A stretch of DNA of 62,299 nucleotides, counting the filler, from Rhizaria sp. SCN 62-66 (Eukaryota), in NCBI GenBank assembly GCA_001724265.1. It is 5 parts of 5 records of this genome, joined end to end, with 100 filler letters (N's around TTAATTAATTAA, not from the genome) between each part and the next. Parts side by side here need not be neighbours in the genome. Positions count along the whole stretch, not along the records: positions 32,879 to 53,064 come from MEDY01000581.1; positions 53,165 to 62,299 come from MEDY01000584.1; 3 more parts are not named here. One strand, given 5' to 3'. The position numbers were made by a program, and so were the translations under genes. The notes beneath the pieces were generated by a model. That model was not told where the DNA came from. It saw only the letters and a list, made by a program, of their open reading frames with translations, and made no database searches. Positions 46,701 to 57,989 of the stretch are shown piece by piece (position 1 is the first letter of the stretch; every line of letters starts with the position of its first letter).

Positions 46701-49700
46701 AGACATAACGTTGCTGTCCACAGAGACCTTGAGCCCGCCAGAGCGGGCAACATCCACAGCGGCCTCACGCATTTCGCGCAGCACATCGCGCATCGGAGGA
46801 TACATGGATTTGCGCAGAGGCGTTACCTCGGAATAATCACGTACATGTACACGTATATCGTCATCACCCGTAGAATTCATGCCTTCGATGCGAAGGTTAG
46901 AGTTCGAGCTTAGCGCGGAGATCTAAGTGAAAAATCGAGCAGCAGCCGCCGCACCTCGTGCGGATAGCGCCGGCAAAATGCGAGGAACGCGTTGGACTGA
47001 TATCCACGTTCGTCACTCGCATCGGAACCCATCTCATTGAATAGTGCGTGCTTAAATGGTGCATGTTGCGATACATCTGCTTTGGAAGAGCTATCAGTGC
47101 AGCCAAAGCCCACAGAATTATTTGCCAAGACGGCAGAGTCATCAAGGATGGGGCAAGTACAGGGAGAGAGAAGGAGAATAAAGGGGTTCGCCTTGGGGTC
47201 GAGGCGTGGCCTGTCCTCACCTGGTGGAGCAAACACAGAATCAGATTCCAAATGCGAGTCTGCACAATTTCCGAACACAGTGTCAACAGCTCGGGCCTCT
47301 GGACACACACGAGGACTGCTGGCAACAATGGGACCCACCGGATGGTTCCAGCTAAGTTTCCCATTCATATGGGGGGCATCAACCGGCACCGCCGTCATTG
47401 CTGCGACTGGCTCGACCGCTGTATTCTCTTGTGCAATCATCCCAGATCCGATTCGAGTCGTACCCGGCTTGGCGCCCATCGTAGTTTGTGACGAACCTGT
47501 CGAAGTGGTGTTTGCGTAAATGTCCGTATCCTTGGGGTTGAGTGGCACACGCAGCCCTGCCAAGACATAAGCAACGGCATCCGGGCTGTTCGCCGCCCTA
47601 TGCAGGCCGGGACATCCACCAACCTCGGCCGCTGTTCCGGAACTATTCATTGAGACTGGTTCTGCGCCCATATCTTTCATTGTGGGATTCATAGCGGTGT
47701 TGGGAATTTTACCCACGCCTGAAATATTTAATGTAGCACTTTTGCGATTGTTGATCGAGTAAAGACAATCACACCCTTGAGTCGCACACGCAGAGTTGGA
47801 GACGCAGCAGTGCGTGACATTTTTGAACGCGCCTCCGAGACCGTGAACCTTCACGTCGCCATCAGGAATATGACTGGACGAAGTTGCCGGCGAAAGCGCG
47901 CACTGCGTGCGAGTGTAGTGATTCGCACGACTCAGAGTGTGCGTCGCGCTGTCGATGTCAAGGAGTGAACTTGCCATGGGAATTAGATGCGCTCGGACAA
48001 CGGGACGAGCGGCCGCCGACTTCACTGTGGCAGGATCCGAAGGAGACTACGACGGCATAAATATCATTGATGCTGTAGCCGACGCTGTCGCTGAAGAGGA
48101 ACTGTTGGACATTTGGCGCAACACTGTCGGGACAGCTCCCACGAGGCTCTGGCAGGAGATAAAGCAAGGCATCGGCGCAGCGATTGGCGGCGTGACAAAA
48201 GTGCATTCTGACGAGACTACGTCGCTGCTGTTATTTCCACCAGTGCAACCTCCATTCAGATCGCCATCGCTGGGGTCGTCACCACGGCACGCTTGGTCGA
48301 GCTTGAAACTCTCCCAGCTGACATCACTTTCGCTCCTATAGCCTCCGTCATTGCCGCTCTCATCCGCATAATCATCACTTGCGGTACTAGACTAGTGCGC
48401 CGCCGCTCTGTTAGGGGAACACTTGGTGATTACGCCGGACAAGTGATGCAAGTTCCGTGTGCTAATACTTCCATCATGAGCAAGGGCGCCAACATGGACT
48501 CCCAAGCCATCGCGATGCAGGGATTGCATGCCCACATTCGCGAAAAAGTTGGCAACACTCCCCGATGACAATGCTCTGTTGAGGGTCGCAACAGCCAATG
48601 AGGGCAATCGTGTCGCAGATGAAGGCTGCGCTCCGATGAGAAAGCTATTCACGATCTTGGGCAAGACACCGTCTGGTCGCTTGCGATTTGAAGGGGACGT
48701 CGGTGGGGGCCCGCCTAAGGCCTCCCTATGCGCAACGCCCCCTGTACTAGAGCCAGAAGTTGCCATAGTGCGTAAGCCAACGCACATGCCACTCCGCTGC
48801 GAGGTGGCGCCAACGACATGACGGAAGGGTGTACGAGCCGCTGCACTGCGGCCAGAAGACGCAGACAGAGGCAGGCACAATGTTGCTGCTGCGCCTGGTC
48901 CCTGGCCCTGCAGACGGGGATGGCATGTGCCATGAGAAATTGCATCGCGAGCGTGCGAAGTTATCGGCCCTGAAGTCGTCAGAGTTGTGCTGAGACCACC
49001 ATGGCGGCTGTGCACTCGAGAACCGACGGCAGGGCCCGACAACAACGTTAGCGGGTCACCCTTGCTCGCATCTGTCGTGGACGCGTGACTTGAAGTCACC
49101 ATACGGGAGGAAATCACTGCTGTTCGAGGGCCAACTTCACAAGGTGATGTTGGTTCGCGATGGTCCAGCTTGAAGGTATCAGTCACCTGCTGTTCCGCCG
49201 CCCTCGCTTGTGAATACGGCACATTTATGGTGCTGTGATTAGATGTTGCTGCGGCAGCAATGGCATCGGACACCCCCGTAAATTGGCCGATCAAGGAGCC
49301 GGTGATGGTTGCATTGGTGTTGAGAGTGGCAGTGCAGCCCGCCAACGGAGGAACTGGCGGAGGCGGAAGCGGCGTCAGCTGCGTTTGCTGCGACTGGCGC
49401 GCCTCCCCAGCCAGGCCCGACCCACTAGCTGCCCGATTCACTGTCGCATGCTGAGGAGGAATGCCCAAACAGCACAAGGAGGCGACAGAAGAGAGGGGCA
49501 TTGGCGCAACAGGGGCAAGTCCAAGAGCCTCTAGCATTCGGTACGTGACTAGTTGGCCGTGGAGTCCTTGTAGGGCCAGGGCAGCTGCCGCCGCAGCGAG
49601 GCGTTCTGGCACGGCACTGCCTTTACCGTGGACGCCACCTGCCACATTGGCGTCATCAGTGGCGTCCGCGTTTATGTAAAGGCTGTGCAAAGCTCCGCAC

Positions 49701-50539
49701 CTGTAGTGATGAATGCCCTTCGAAGACGGAGTGGCCGCAACAGCGGCGGCGGACGTTAACCGAGAGCAAATGACGCCACCGGCAGCTGAACACACTTTAC
49801 ACAGCTCAGCATGGAGGCAGCCGTGTGCATCGACCTCAGCGTCGTTCCGGCCGCAGCAAAGCAAGTGTGGCGACATCCTTTCTGCCGCAGCCACTGCAGC
49901 GGCCGCAACAGCAACCTCCGCGTCCGTGACCACTCCGGCGACCGCCGTGGCGGCTGCAACGGCGCGCGCGACTTTGCGCGCATGTGACTCGAACAACACA
50001 CAAAGGCGCGCCTTGAGAACAGCATCTCCTGATGGCCGTCGGGGTTCTTTCTAGCCTACCGGGTATCCACGCGCGTCCAGAACCGAGCCGTAAAACTGAG
50101 GGAGGCTGCCCGAACGCGGGCATACGTCAGTTGGAAGCGGATCTGACTCGGAGGGTGGGACTGTGGAGGTTAGCGGCTGCGTCGCCTGAGTCGCTGTAAA
50201 AAAGCTGTTGGGGCGACGGATTGGGAAGCGTGGAGGAACGGAGCTGCCGGGAGAAACAGCAGTGAGTTTGAATGCTGGAAGTGCCGACGGGGTCATGACA
50301 ACGGGGTTGCTCAGGACATCATCGTTTTCGTCCTCACCAGTGCCGTCGTAATTCAATACCTCCGAAGGTCCACGATTTCTTGCTGCACGCATCTCTGCTG
50401 CACACATTCTGCATGGCTCGCGTGTGTGCGCCGATATCTCGCTTGGGAACATGATCGCTGGGATTATGGAGGTAGGGGTCTTTGCGTGATTGTGCAACCG
50501 CGTCGAAAAATATGCCAACAGCCTCGCTAGTCTCAGCAT
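43800..50539 (-). CDS. Long low-complexity (Ser/Ala/Pro/Gln-rich) gene of unknown function; 3' part fragmented
   Basis: 50539-46910 is one frame of ~1,210 codons broken only by TAG at 50051, 48392 and 48047. The same frame resumes at ~46680 with TAG at 45575 inside poly-Gln. Further frameshifts or introns lie below 45300, so the 3' boundary is approximate. Confidence 0.55.
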
Positions 50540-51159
50540 GACCTGGTAATTGCTCTGAAAGTGCGTGAGTCTTGCTGAGAGTGAACCGATGATTGTGCTA
50601 ATTTTTCATTGGCACCTCAGTCATGGGCGCCTATGCACCCATACGACGGGCACAAGGATCGCCCGCTGTGAACACAAAATGAGAGCTGCTCAGGTCATCA
50701 CCGGTGAAGTGGCGCTGATCAGCGAAGCGCCTGCGGGAGCAGTTGCGACTGTGGGGTGGCGCGGTTGCTGCAGTAGCACTAGGCTCATCGCCTTTCGCGA
50801 GCACGCTGTTTGGCATGGGGGCAGCAGCATGTCGGAATGTGATGTGCCTTGATGAATTATGATGCGGCATGTTGTCATATTCACCGACGACAGAGACTGG
50901 CTGCGCGCGGAGATTGTTGCGGCCAACTTTTGTCTGTACGCAACCCATTTCAAAGTCACCAAACACAAAACGACCACGCGGCCGATCTGTATCATCAAAC
51001 AGGGCCTTGACAGCAAGTGCCAAAGCATTCCGACGCGCATCATCAGCTGGGACGTTTGCGCTCACACGGACAGGAAATGAGAATCGAATGACACTTGTTA
51101 AGTTCTTAAACGTGACCGATGGCGAGTAGTAGTCGAGCGACATCACATTGTAGACAGTT

Positions 51160-53064
51160 GTGCCGGGACATGCCTCGCACTGGGCACTGCCTTCATCATC
51201 CGCGTAAGTGTCTGGGGCACACTGCATGCTCGACTCAGCGCGCTCTTGCGCGAACGTGCCACGCGGGCAGCGCACGCACGTCTGATAGCCAAGACCGGAG
51301 TACGTGCCGATGGGACAAGGACTGCAGTTGGCGGCACCGGTGCTGTTGGAATAGAAGCCTGGCTGGCACTGGCGACAGAGAGCCTGCGACCAGAGATCGT
51401 TGTAGTATCCCGGCTCGCACGCCACGCAGCGATAGTCATCGTTGCGTTGGCCGGGCGGGCACTGTACGTACGAGAGCAGGATAGTCTCACGTGAGATATC
51501 GCCATAGCGCTGCAGCAGTGTCACCGCGCGGTCCACAGATGAGTCTGCCGGCGTTGTGCAGAGGACCTCGTGGTGAGGGTCCAAAGTTGTGTGCGTGACA
51601 TTCGTACAAGTCAAGCCACAAATCGAAATAGTTGCACCAGAGCCACCAAAGTTGTCTCCGCGGAGCATGATGCGACTACCACCAAGGCGGTTACACTCCA
51701 TGATCACACTGGTTGAGACTTGTTCGCAGCCGCGAATCTCCGTGATGACAGGGATCGCATACGTGACACGATCACGAGACTCTGCGCGCTGCGAACCGGC
51801 CCTGATAATGAGCGCAAGACTTGAGCCAGACCCAGAGGGAAGGTTGCATGTTAGCATCTCATTTGAGTCCTTTTCGATCGAAGTGCATTGACGGCCACTC
51901 ACCATCACAGAGTGAGGTTCAAGGAAACCAGTGCCCGTAATCGTTAGTCGCACAGTGCCGCCGTCAGTCGGACAATTAGATGTACTTCCACGCGCAGTGT
52001 CATCAACATCACAGCCGTATACAGATTCAACGGTGGGTACCTGTGGGTACGAATATTTGTCAGTGGAGGAGACGCTGCGGCCCGAAATTGTAAGCTTGAA
52101 GAACAAATCAACAAGATTGACGTTGTCTTGAGTGCGGCAGACAAGATATTTGGCGTTGCTTGGTAGGTCGAAAGCTCGTCGTTAAAAACGCACTCGAATG
52201 GGATCGAATCGAAAGAATTTCTATGCGTTCAATTGAAATTTCAAATCCAATGTCCTCCCCAAGGGTTGTCATGCTGACGTAGTCGTTTGTACGCTGACCA
52301 GGACCAGCAACAGTGATGGTATGCAAAGATGACGGCATAAAATAGTGCTTTGGGTAGCTGATACGTACACGATTGTTGTCGCCAATATGTGCAAGGTCAT
52401 CAAGCGCCTCTGTGCCAGCCCAGTTCCAGTTCCAGGTGGAGCAATCAATATCAGCGGCAAGATTTGTCGCGCTATTACGTTGCACACAGAAGTTCTCCAT
52501 TGGTTGACCTGGCACTGGGGCGCGGACAAGGGGAACCAACTGCGCGGGGTACACTCGCGACGAGCGGCAGTGACACGCACGTTCGATTGGGTGATTTCAA
52601 CAACATAGCCGGTCCCATCTGTGACGTCGTATCCCGTGTAGCGCATACTGTAGCCTGTGTTGTAGCGGTACTCAACCCAAGATGTGTTCAACTACGGACC
52701 GTGATTGCCGTTGTTAGCTACGACGATTGTACTACCATTGATGTTAGTAGGGACACCGCAGTTGTAAGGCGAGCACGTCCGTGGTGAGGAAGACCATTCA
52801 CCAGTTGCTGTGCACGTGATAGAATCAGCTGCGTGGCTCACTACTGCGCCATATTCGCAGGTGTAGGTCGCAATAACACCATATACATTCATCAAAGTGG
52901 AGGGCGATTGCGTGACAGAGCCTAAGGAAACCTCAGTCAACGTTGGACATGGGCGGGGTGTGCAGCGAGGAACATCAACAGGCTGCCAGCCCTCAGCAAT
53001 GGTGCACGTGCGTGTCTTGTCACCAGAGTCGGTCGTCCACATGTAGCCATCCGCGCAAGAGTAA
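51160..53064 (-). pseudogene. Ectodomain fragment with sushi/CCP, IPT/TIG and GCC2/GCC3-type Cys-rich repeats; frameshifted and truncated
   Basis: ATYTCEYG…ITCTATGEWSSSPRTC (sushi), GGTVRLTITGTGF and GGSRIMLRGDNFG (IPT), CVACEPGYY…CQPGFYS…CPIGTYS…CPRGTF. Frameshifts near 52540 and 52160, in-frame TAG 52692-52694. Similarity stops after CEACPG. Confidence 0.8.
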
Positions 53065-53164
53065 NNNNNNNNNNNNNNNNNNNNNNNNNNNNNNNNNNNN
53101 NNNNNNNNTTAATTAATTAANNNNNNNNNNNNNNNNNNNNNNNNNNNNNNNNNNNNNNNNNNNN
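53065..53164. other. Artificial contig spacer
   Basis: 44 N + TTAATTAATTAA + 44 N. Confidence 0.99.
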
Positions 53165-53647
53165 TGCATGTTGGTTGTTTCCGATTCGTTCCTTGCACGC
53201 GTTGTGGGCGGCGTGGTTTTCACCACAAAAAAGAATTTGACGTGCCTGATTTGGGCTTCGTTCGTGAGTGCCGTAAAGGTTGTCAAAATGACCCACCTAA
53301 GAAGGCTCATCTCACGTGAGTTGAGCAGATATAACCGAACAAATGTCCAGGTTCATACCTTAAACTAAAAGGATTACTCCCTTTTGTTTTGACAGCTCTT
53401 CCGAAGGACCATCCGCCAGCTTGTTGCTGGTGTTTTCAAGAATGAAGCAAAGCCTACGACATGCAGTGCAACGTCGGGCGTTTTTTATGTGATATATCAA
53501 TGTTTCTGTCTTGTTTGTGGTGAGAGAAGGGCTAGAATTACCAGCTTGGATTCTGGTCTGCGACGATGCATTAGGTGAAGCGATGCAGCTCTACTGGCTT
53601 GTAGTAGATATAGTAGGTGACATTACATCTACTGCACCGGGCTCTGC

Positions 53648-53963
53648 TGTTACCGCCGACATTCTGCATAAAATTCCAATCGACAGCAATTGCCTGTCGC
53701 GATTTAAAGGTGGCGTTTCTTGTGTATATTATACACACTTCGTTTTCCTGTGAACACAGACTCTCAATTTCTATGAAAACAATAAGAACCACGTATATAC
53801 ATGTAATTCGAATTATATGCTGTGTCTCTGATATTATAAATTGTTATTGTTGTTTTCACAGAAAAGAGAAGTCTGTGTTCACAGGAAAACGCCACCTTTA
53901 TGGTGTTTGCCCCAGTGTGAGCCTGTGAGACTTGGTATTTTATGCTAAATGTCGGCGGTAACA
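53648..53963. repeat. Nested inverted repeat / foldback (MITE-like)
   Basis: Outer arms 53648-53679 and 53932-53963 (29/32 complementary). Inner arms gttttcctgtgaacacagact / agtctgtgttcacaggaaaac and taaaggtggcgttt / aaacgccaccttta. Confidence 0.8.
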
Positions 53964-54494
53964 TCTGCGTCACAAGAGAGTGGCAAAGCCGACGGGGCGC
54001 CGCAATAACAAAGCATATGGGAGTGGCACAACACGATTTCACTGTGGTTTGCTGTTGTTGTGTTGTCATTGTGCAAAGGGGATTTTTGTGCAGAATGTCG
54101 GTTGCGACATGTGTCACTGCGTAGCTCTTTGCTGCGGAAGTTCTTTGTTGCACTTCATGCAGTAAGCTTATGTGCACTAGTTGATACAGTATTTTTTTCT
54201 TATCCCTCTTGGTGGCTGAGGGTCAAGCCATCTCCCAAAATGTATCACTGTTTTGCGGGATGGGTTCATCGTCTATTAGGAATAAAGATGTATATTTGGA
54301 AAGATGCAATATGTTTACAGTTGACTTTGTTTCGGCTTTTCTTTCAGTTACCATTTTTGTATGTGATCTTTTTGCCTGTGCCAACTGATTCTTCCTTTGC
54401 GTGCATCATTTTCTTTTGTGTCTTGTCGTAGACTTACAATTAGCTGTACAACATTAGCTGCTGAAGTAAATTTATTTTTTGATTTGACTACAAA

Positions 54495-57148
54495 ATGTCG
54501 CGCATGGCCCGCCTCCTTCCCGGCCTCTATGCCGCACTAGCCCCTGTGATGACGCTCTCAACAAGTCTTGCTGACCTGCGCCAGCTCGAAACTGTTCTTT
54601 CTGGTCGCAGCTTTGCAGCGATGTTTATGGCTGTGCTTCGTGAGACCAATGTGGTTGAGCTGCTTGCACAGTCTCTTAGTCTCACGGGGGAAGGCGACGA
54701 CAACGAAGCCACCGAACGCGTGCATCTCATCATCGGATTGCTTGATATCATTGCGGCGAGCGAGCATCAGCAGCAGAGCAGGAAAATACCACTTCAAGTG
54801 TCCGGCTTCATGGGTTTTGACGTGCTTGCCGATGGTCAAGCCGTTGACAAGATTTGCCAACGCGTGCTAACTTGCCCTTAGAAGACGCAGATGTTTCCAC
54901 TGCTTCGCATTGTACAAATCGCTTCTCGGTCAACACTACAATCCAGACGAAAGTTGCCGCCCTCACCACTTTGCTTGCGTTTGCACAGAAACTGGGGGTG
55001 GTTGACGAGACATATCTGTCTTTGTGCTTTGCGGTGTCTTCGCTATGCCTGTACGGAGCTTCCGTGTCGTACTCCGCCGTGGCCGGCTTCGAGCCCCTGC
55101 TGCGCGCTGCACTGCGCCACAGCAGCGCTGGAAACTCGCAACACGACATAGTTGCGAGGGAGGCTACGTTCGTTGCCCTATATGGCGTGCTTCGTTCAGG
55201 CAGCAACGCGGTTGAAGACTTTGTGGCCAGCTCTGAGTTCGACTTGCTGCTGCAATGCGTGCCCGGGTGTCACTTGGGATATGAGAACGAAAACACAGAC
55301 TTCACCTCGCTCGACCTGCTGCAGCTCTGTGTGGCCGCCCTTGACGCCCCTGCGCGCGTGCGCCTGTTGGCTGGAGACGCGTTGACCGAGGGCCGTCTGG
55401 CGCACGTGGCTGCGCGTGTTTGCGAGAACGACAACGACGACGACGTCCAGCGATCCCCTCTAATCCCGCTGACAGCTCTCCTGACATCCCTCGTAGGACT
55501 CGTTCCCGCGTTCGATGCGCAGTTCGTGAGCGGACGCTGCGTTGGACAGATACTGAGCCAGGTGCATTCGATGCTACACGAGTACGGCCGCAATGAGCTG
55601 CTTGCGCTGCAGCGCAACATTGCCGTCGTTCTCGACACGCTTCTGTCGTCGCCCACGGGGGCGCCCGGCTTCGCGGCGCAGCAGCTGCTCTCCAGCGGCG
55701 CCGTGCCGTGCTGCACCGCGCTGCTGGGCGCCGCCGCTGTGTGGAGCAGCAGCGAGAGGGGCGACTGTGACGGCAGCGGCTGCCATGACCGCTGCGCTGG
55801 CAGTGGCGCGCGCGAGAGCACGGAGCCGAGCGCGGAGCCGAGCGCGGGGCCGAGCGCGGACACCGTGGCGCGGCTGCTGCGCGTGCTGCGGTTCACGCTC
55901 GCCGCCAGTGCCAGCGCCAGCGAGCCCGCGTCCGCCCAGCCGCAGGAGGGCGCCAGCGCGGCGTGGCGCTCCAACGCCTCCCCCGCGGCCTTCGTCGACG
56001 GTCGCGGCCTGCAGACGCTCGAGCTGCTGCGCTACGCGGCGCACACGCAGCGCGCCGGCAGTCCCGCGCGGGGGGATCTCGCGCAGCTGCACGCGCTGCT
56101 CGAGCGCCTGGCCGTGGCCCCGCCGGCGCCCGCCGAGTCGGCGGAGGCCGCGGCGCAGCGTGAGCTGGCCGTCGCGGACGTCCGCGCCTTTGCCCGACCG
56201 TTTGGGGGCGACTGGAGGCGGGCGTTTGACGTGCACATTGCGGGCGCGCTGGAAGAGGGAGGCTACCCGCGGCAGGTCGCATACTGCCAGGACACGGGGC
56301 TCTGGGAGCCGCTCCCTGCGCCGGCACAGTCGACCGTCGCAGGAGCGGCTGTGCTCACTCCGTCGGCGGCGGCGCTCTCGCTGTTGCAAGCCCGGGCGCG
56401 CGAGAGCGTCCTCGCGCACGCGACGGGGAAGAGGTTCGCCGCCGACGCGGGCTGTGACGTCGTGATGCAACTCTCGAGTTACAACGCCGAGACGCAGCGG
56501 CACGACGGGTACCGCATGGTGATCCAGCTCGACGACGCGCGGTTCCCCGGGGGCGCCGCGTACTTCCGCACCGCGGCCGTGAGCAACGCACTGGGCACGT
56601 ACCTGCATCGCTGCCTTGTCGCTGCGCCATCTTCTGCCGCCAGTGAGCCCCCGTCTGCGGATGCGACGCTGCCGTACGTCGCCCTGTACAGCGGCCGGCC
56701 CGAGGTCTCGTGCGCGTCCTTCTCACTCGCACTGCCGGAGAGCGACATTGTGTATGGGGAGTACACCGCACCCGCTGTCGACGCTGCTACTGGAGCGGGC
56801 GCGACGCTCCCGACGGGCACGGTACTGATGTACCCGCGCTCCGTCGTTCCCCCGGATGCGCCTATCGGATCGTTCGACATCCCTGTGTTCATCGTCTTCC
56901 GGCCCTGCGCGGCTCGTTTGCTGCGCGGCGCCGTGCCAATCGGCCGCGTGATGTCGTGTCTGCCTGATGATACTCTGGCGGACGTCGCTGAGGCCGCCGC
57001 CCAGGCCGGTTGCGACCAGCCCTTCGACGCTATTGTGCTGCGATGCTTCGAGGCCGCCTGGGAGGCCTCCAAGTGCCTAAAGTTTGCCAACAGGACGAGC
57101 TCGGTCGTGAGTTTCTTAGAGTGTCGTTTAAGGCAGGGTTCCTCATGA
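54495..57148 (+). CDS. Divergent ARM-repeat protein with a C-terminal degenerate cyclophilin-like domain; one frameshift near 54870
   Basis: The N-terminus parallels the 57990 protein (GFDVLADGQAVDKICQRVL vs GCTVLLERGVAEKLCCVL; LLSSGAVPCCTALL vs LLDAGAMRYCAQTL). C-terminal GYRMVIQLDDARFPGGAAYF…YLHRCL…GTVLM…VFIVF…VPIGRV. Ends TGA. Confidence 0.6.
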
Positions 57149-57989
57149 GCAGACGAAAGGAGTATTCAGACGAGTTCTCGCTCAGAAAAAGCGAATTACT
57201 ACCGCCAACTTTTTTTTTTTCCAACAATAGTTTATTGATGAGCGCGACATTCCTATATTATCCTGTCTGTGTCATGTGAAGACTCCACGAAGCGGCATGT
57301 TGAGGTCAAGACTTGCATGGACGGCGAGATGGTGTTTAAGGAGCGTCTGTGACACAAGATCAAGACACGCAAGATATAATTAAGAATACAAGCATAAGTC
57401 TTCATATAGATACACATATCTTCACCTAAGTGCATCTGACGATCAGGAAATTGCGGTACAGCGAGTATTTTTCCGGCGATGGCACGAGGATCCAGCTCCT
57501 TAATTAAAGATGCTTCTGTGATGTTGCCATGGCACAACCCGAGGTTTCGACCTTTATTATCGCACAAAACGCAATTATTGTATACGATTGAAAAATATTG
57601 TAGCTTGCAATCGTGTTCTTCTGTGCGAACTCACACCATGTTCGTGCTAGCGAGATATGGTGGAGAGGAGAGACTCCAACAGCAGCTTCTTACGCTCAAA
57701 CGGCATATGATTGACTTGACGGAGGTCTTTGCTATGGTTTATAGCTTGATTGCATGACATTAATTATTATATCTACTACTCGCTTCTCATGGTCGACATC
57801 GTAGGTAGCAGAGTCGCTGTCTCAAATATCCTACCTTACCATCATCCTATCCTTCGCCTTTCGTCATATTTTTATCCACATGTGTCATTTAAATGTATAT
57901 GCGACTGTACAATAGCACTCCAGTTTGAAACAATAAGGACTTGGTTAAGAGGTCACTGACGTATTACAACGTATAACGCGTTTTCAGAG

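Noticed and set aside
46649-46954. Possible 306-nt phase-0 intron restoring the frame of the low-complexity gene
   Set aside because: The donor GTGCGG does not match the GTACGT consensus, and two compensating frameshifts explain it equally well. Left unresolved.
8941-53164. Four identical TTAATTAATTAA palindromes within N runs
   Set aside because: Artificial concatenation linkers; adjacency across them has no biological meaning.
54879-54881. TAG ending ORF 54495-54881
   Set aside because: Reading through gives implausible sequence; the protein continues in another frame, so this is a frameshift rather than a gene end or a recoding site.
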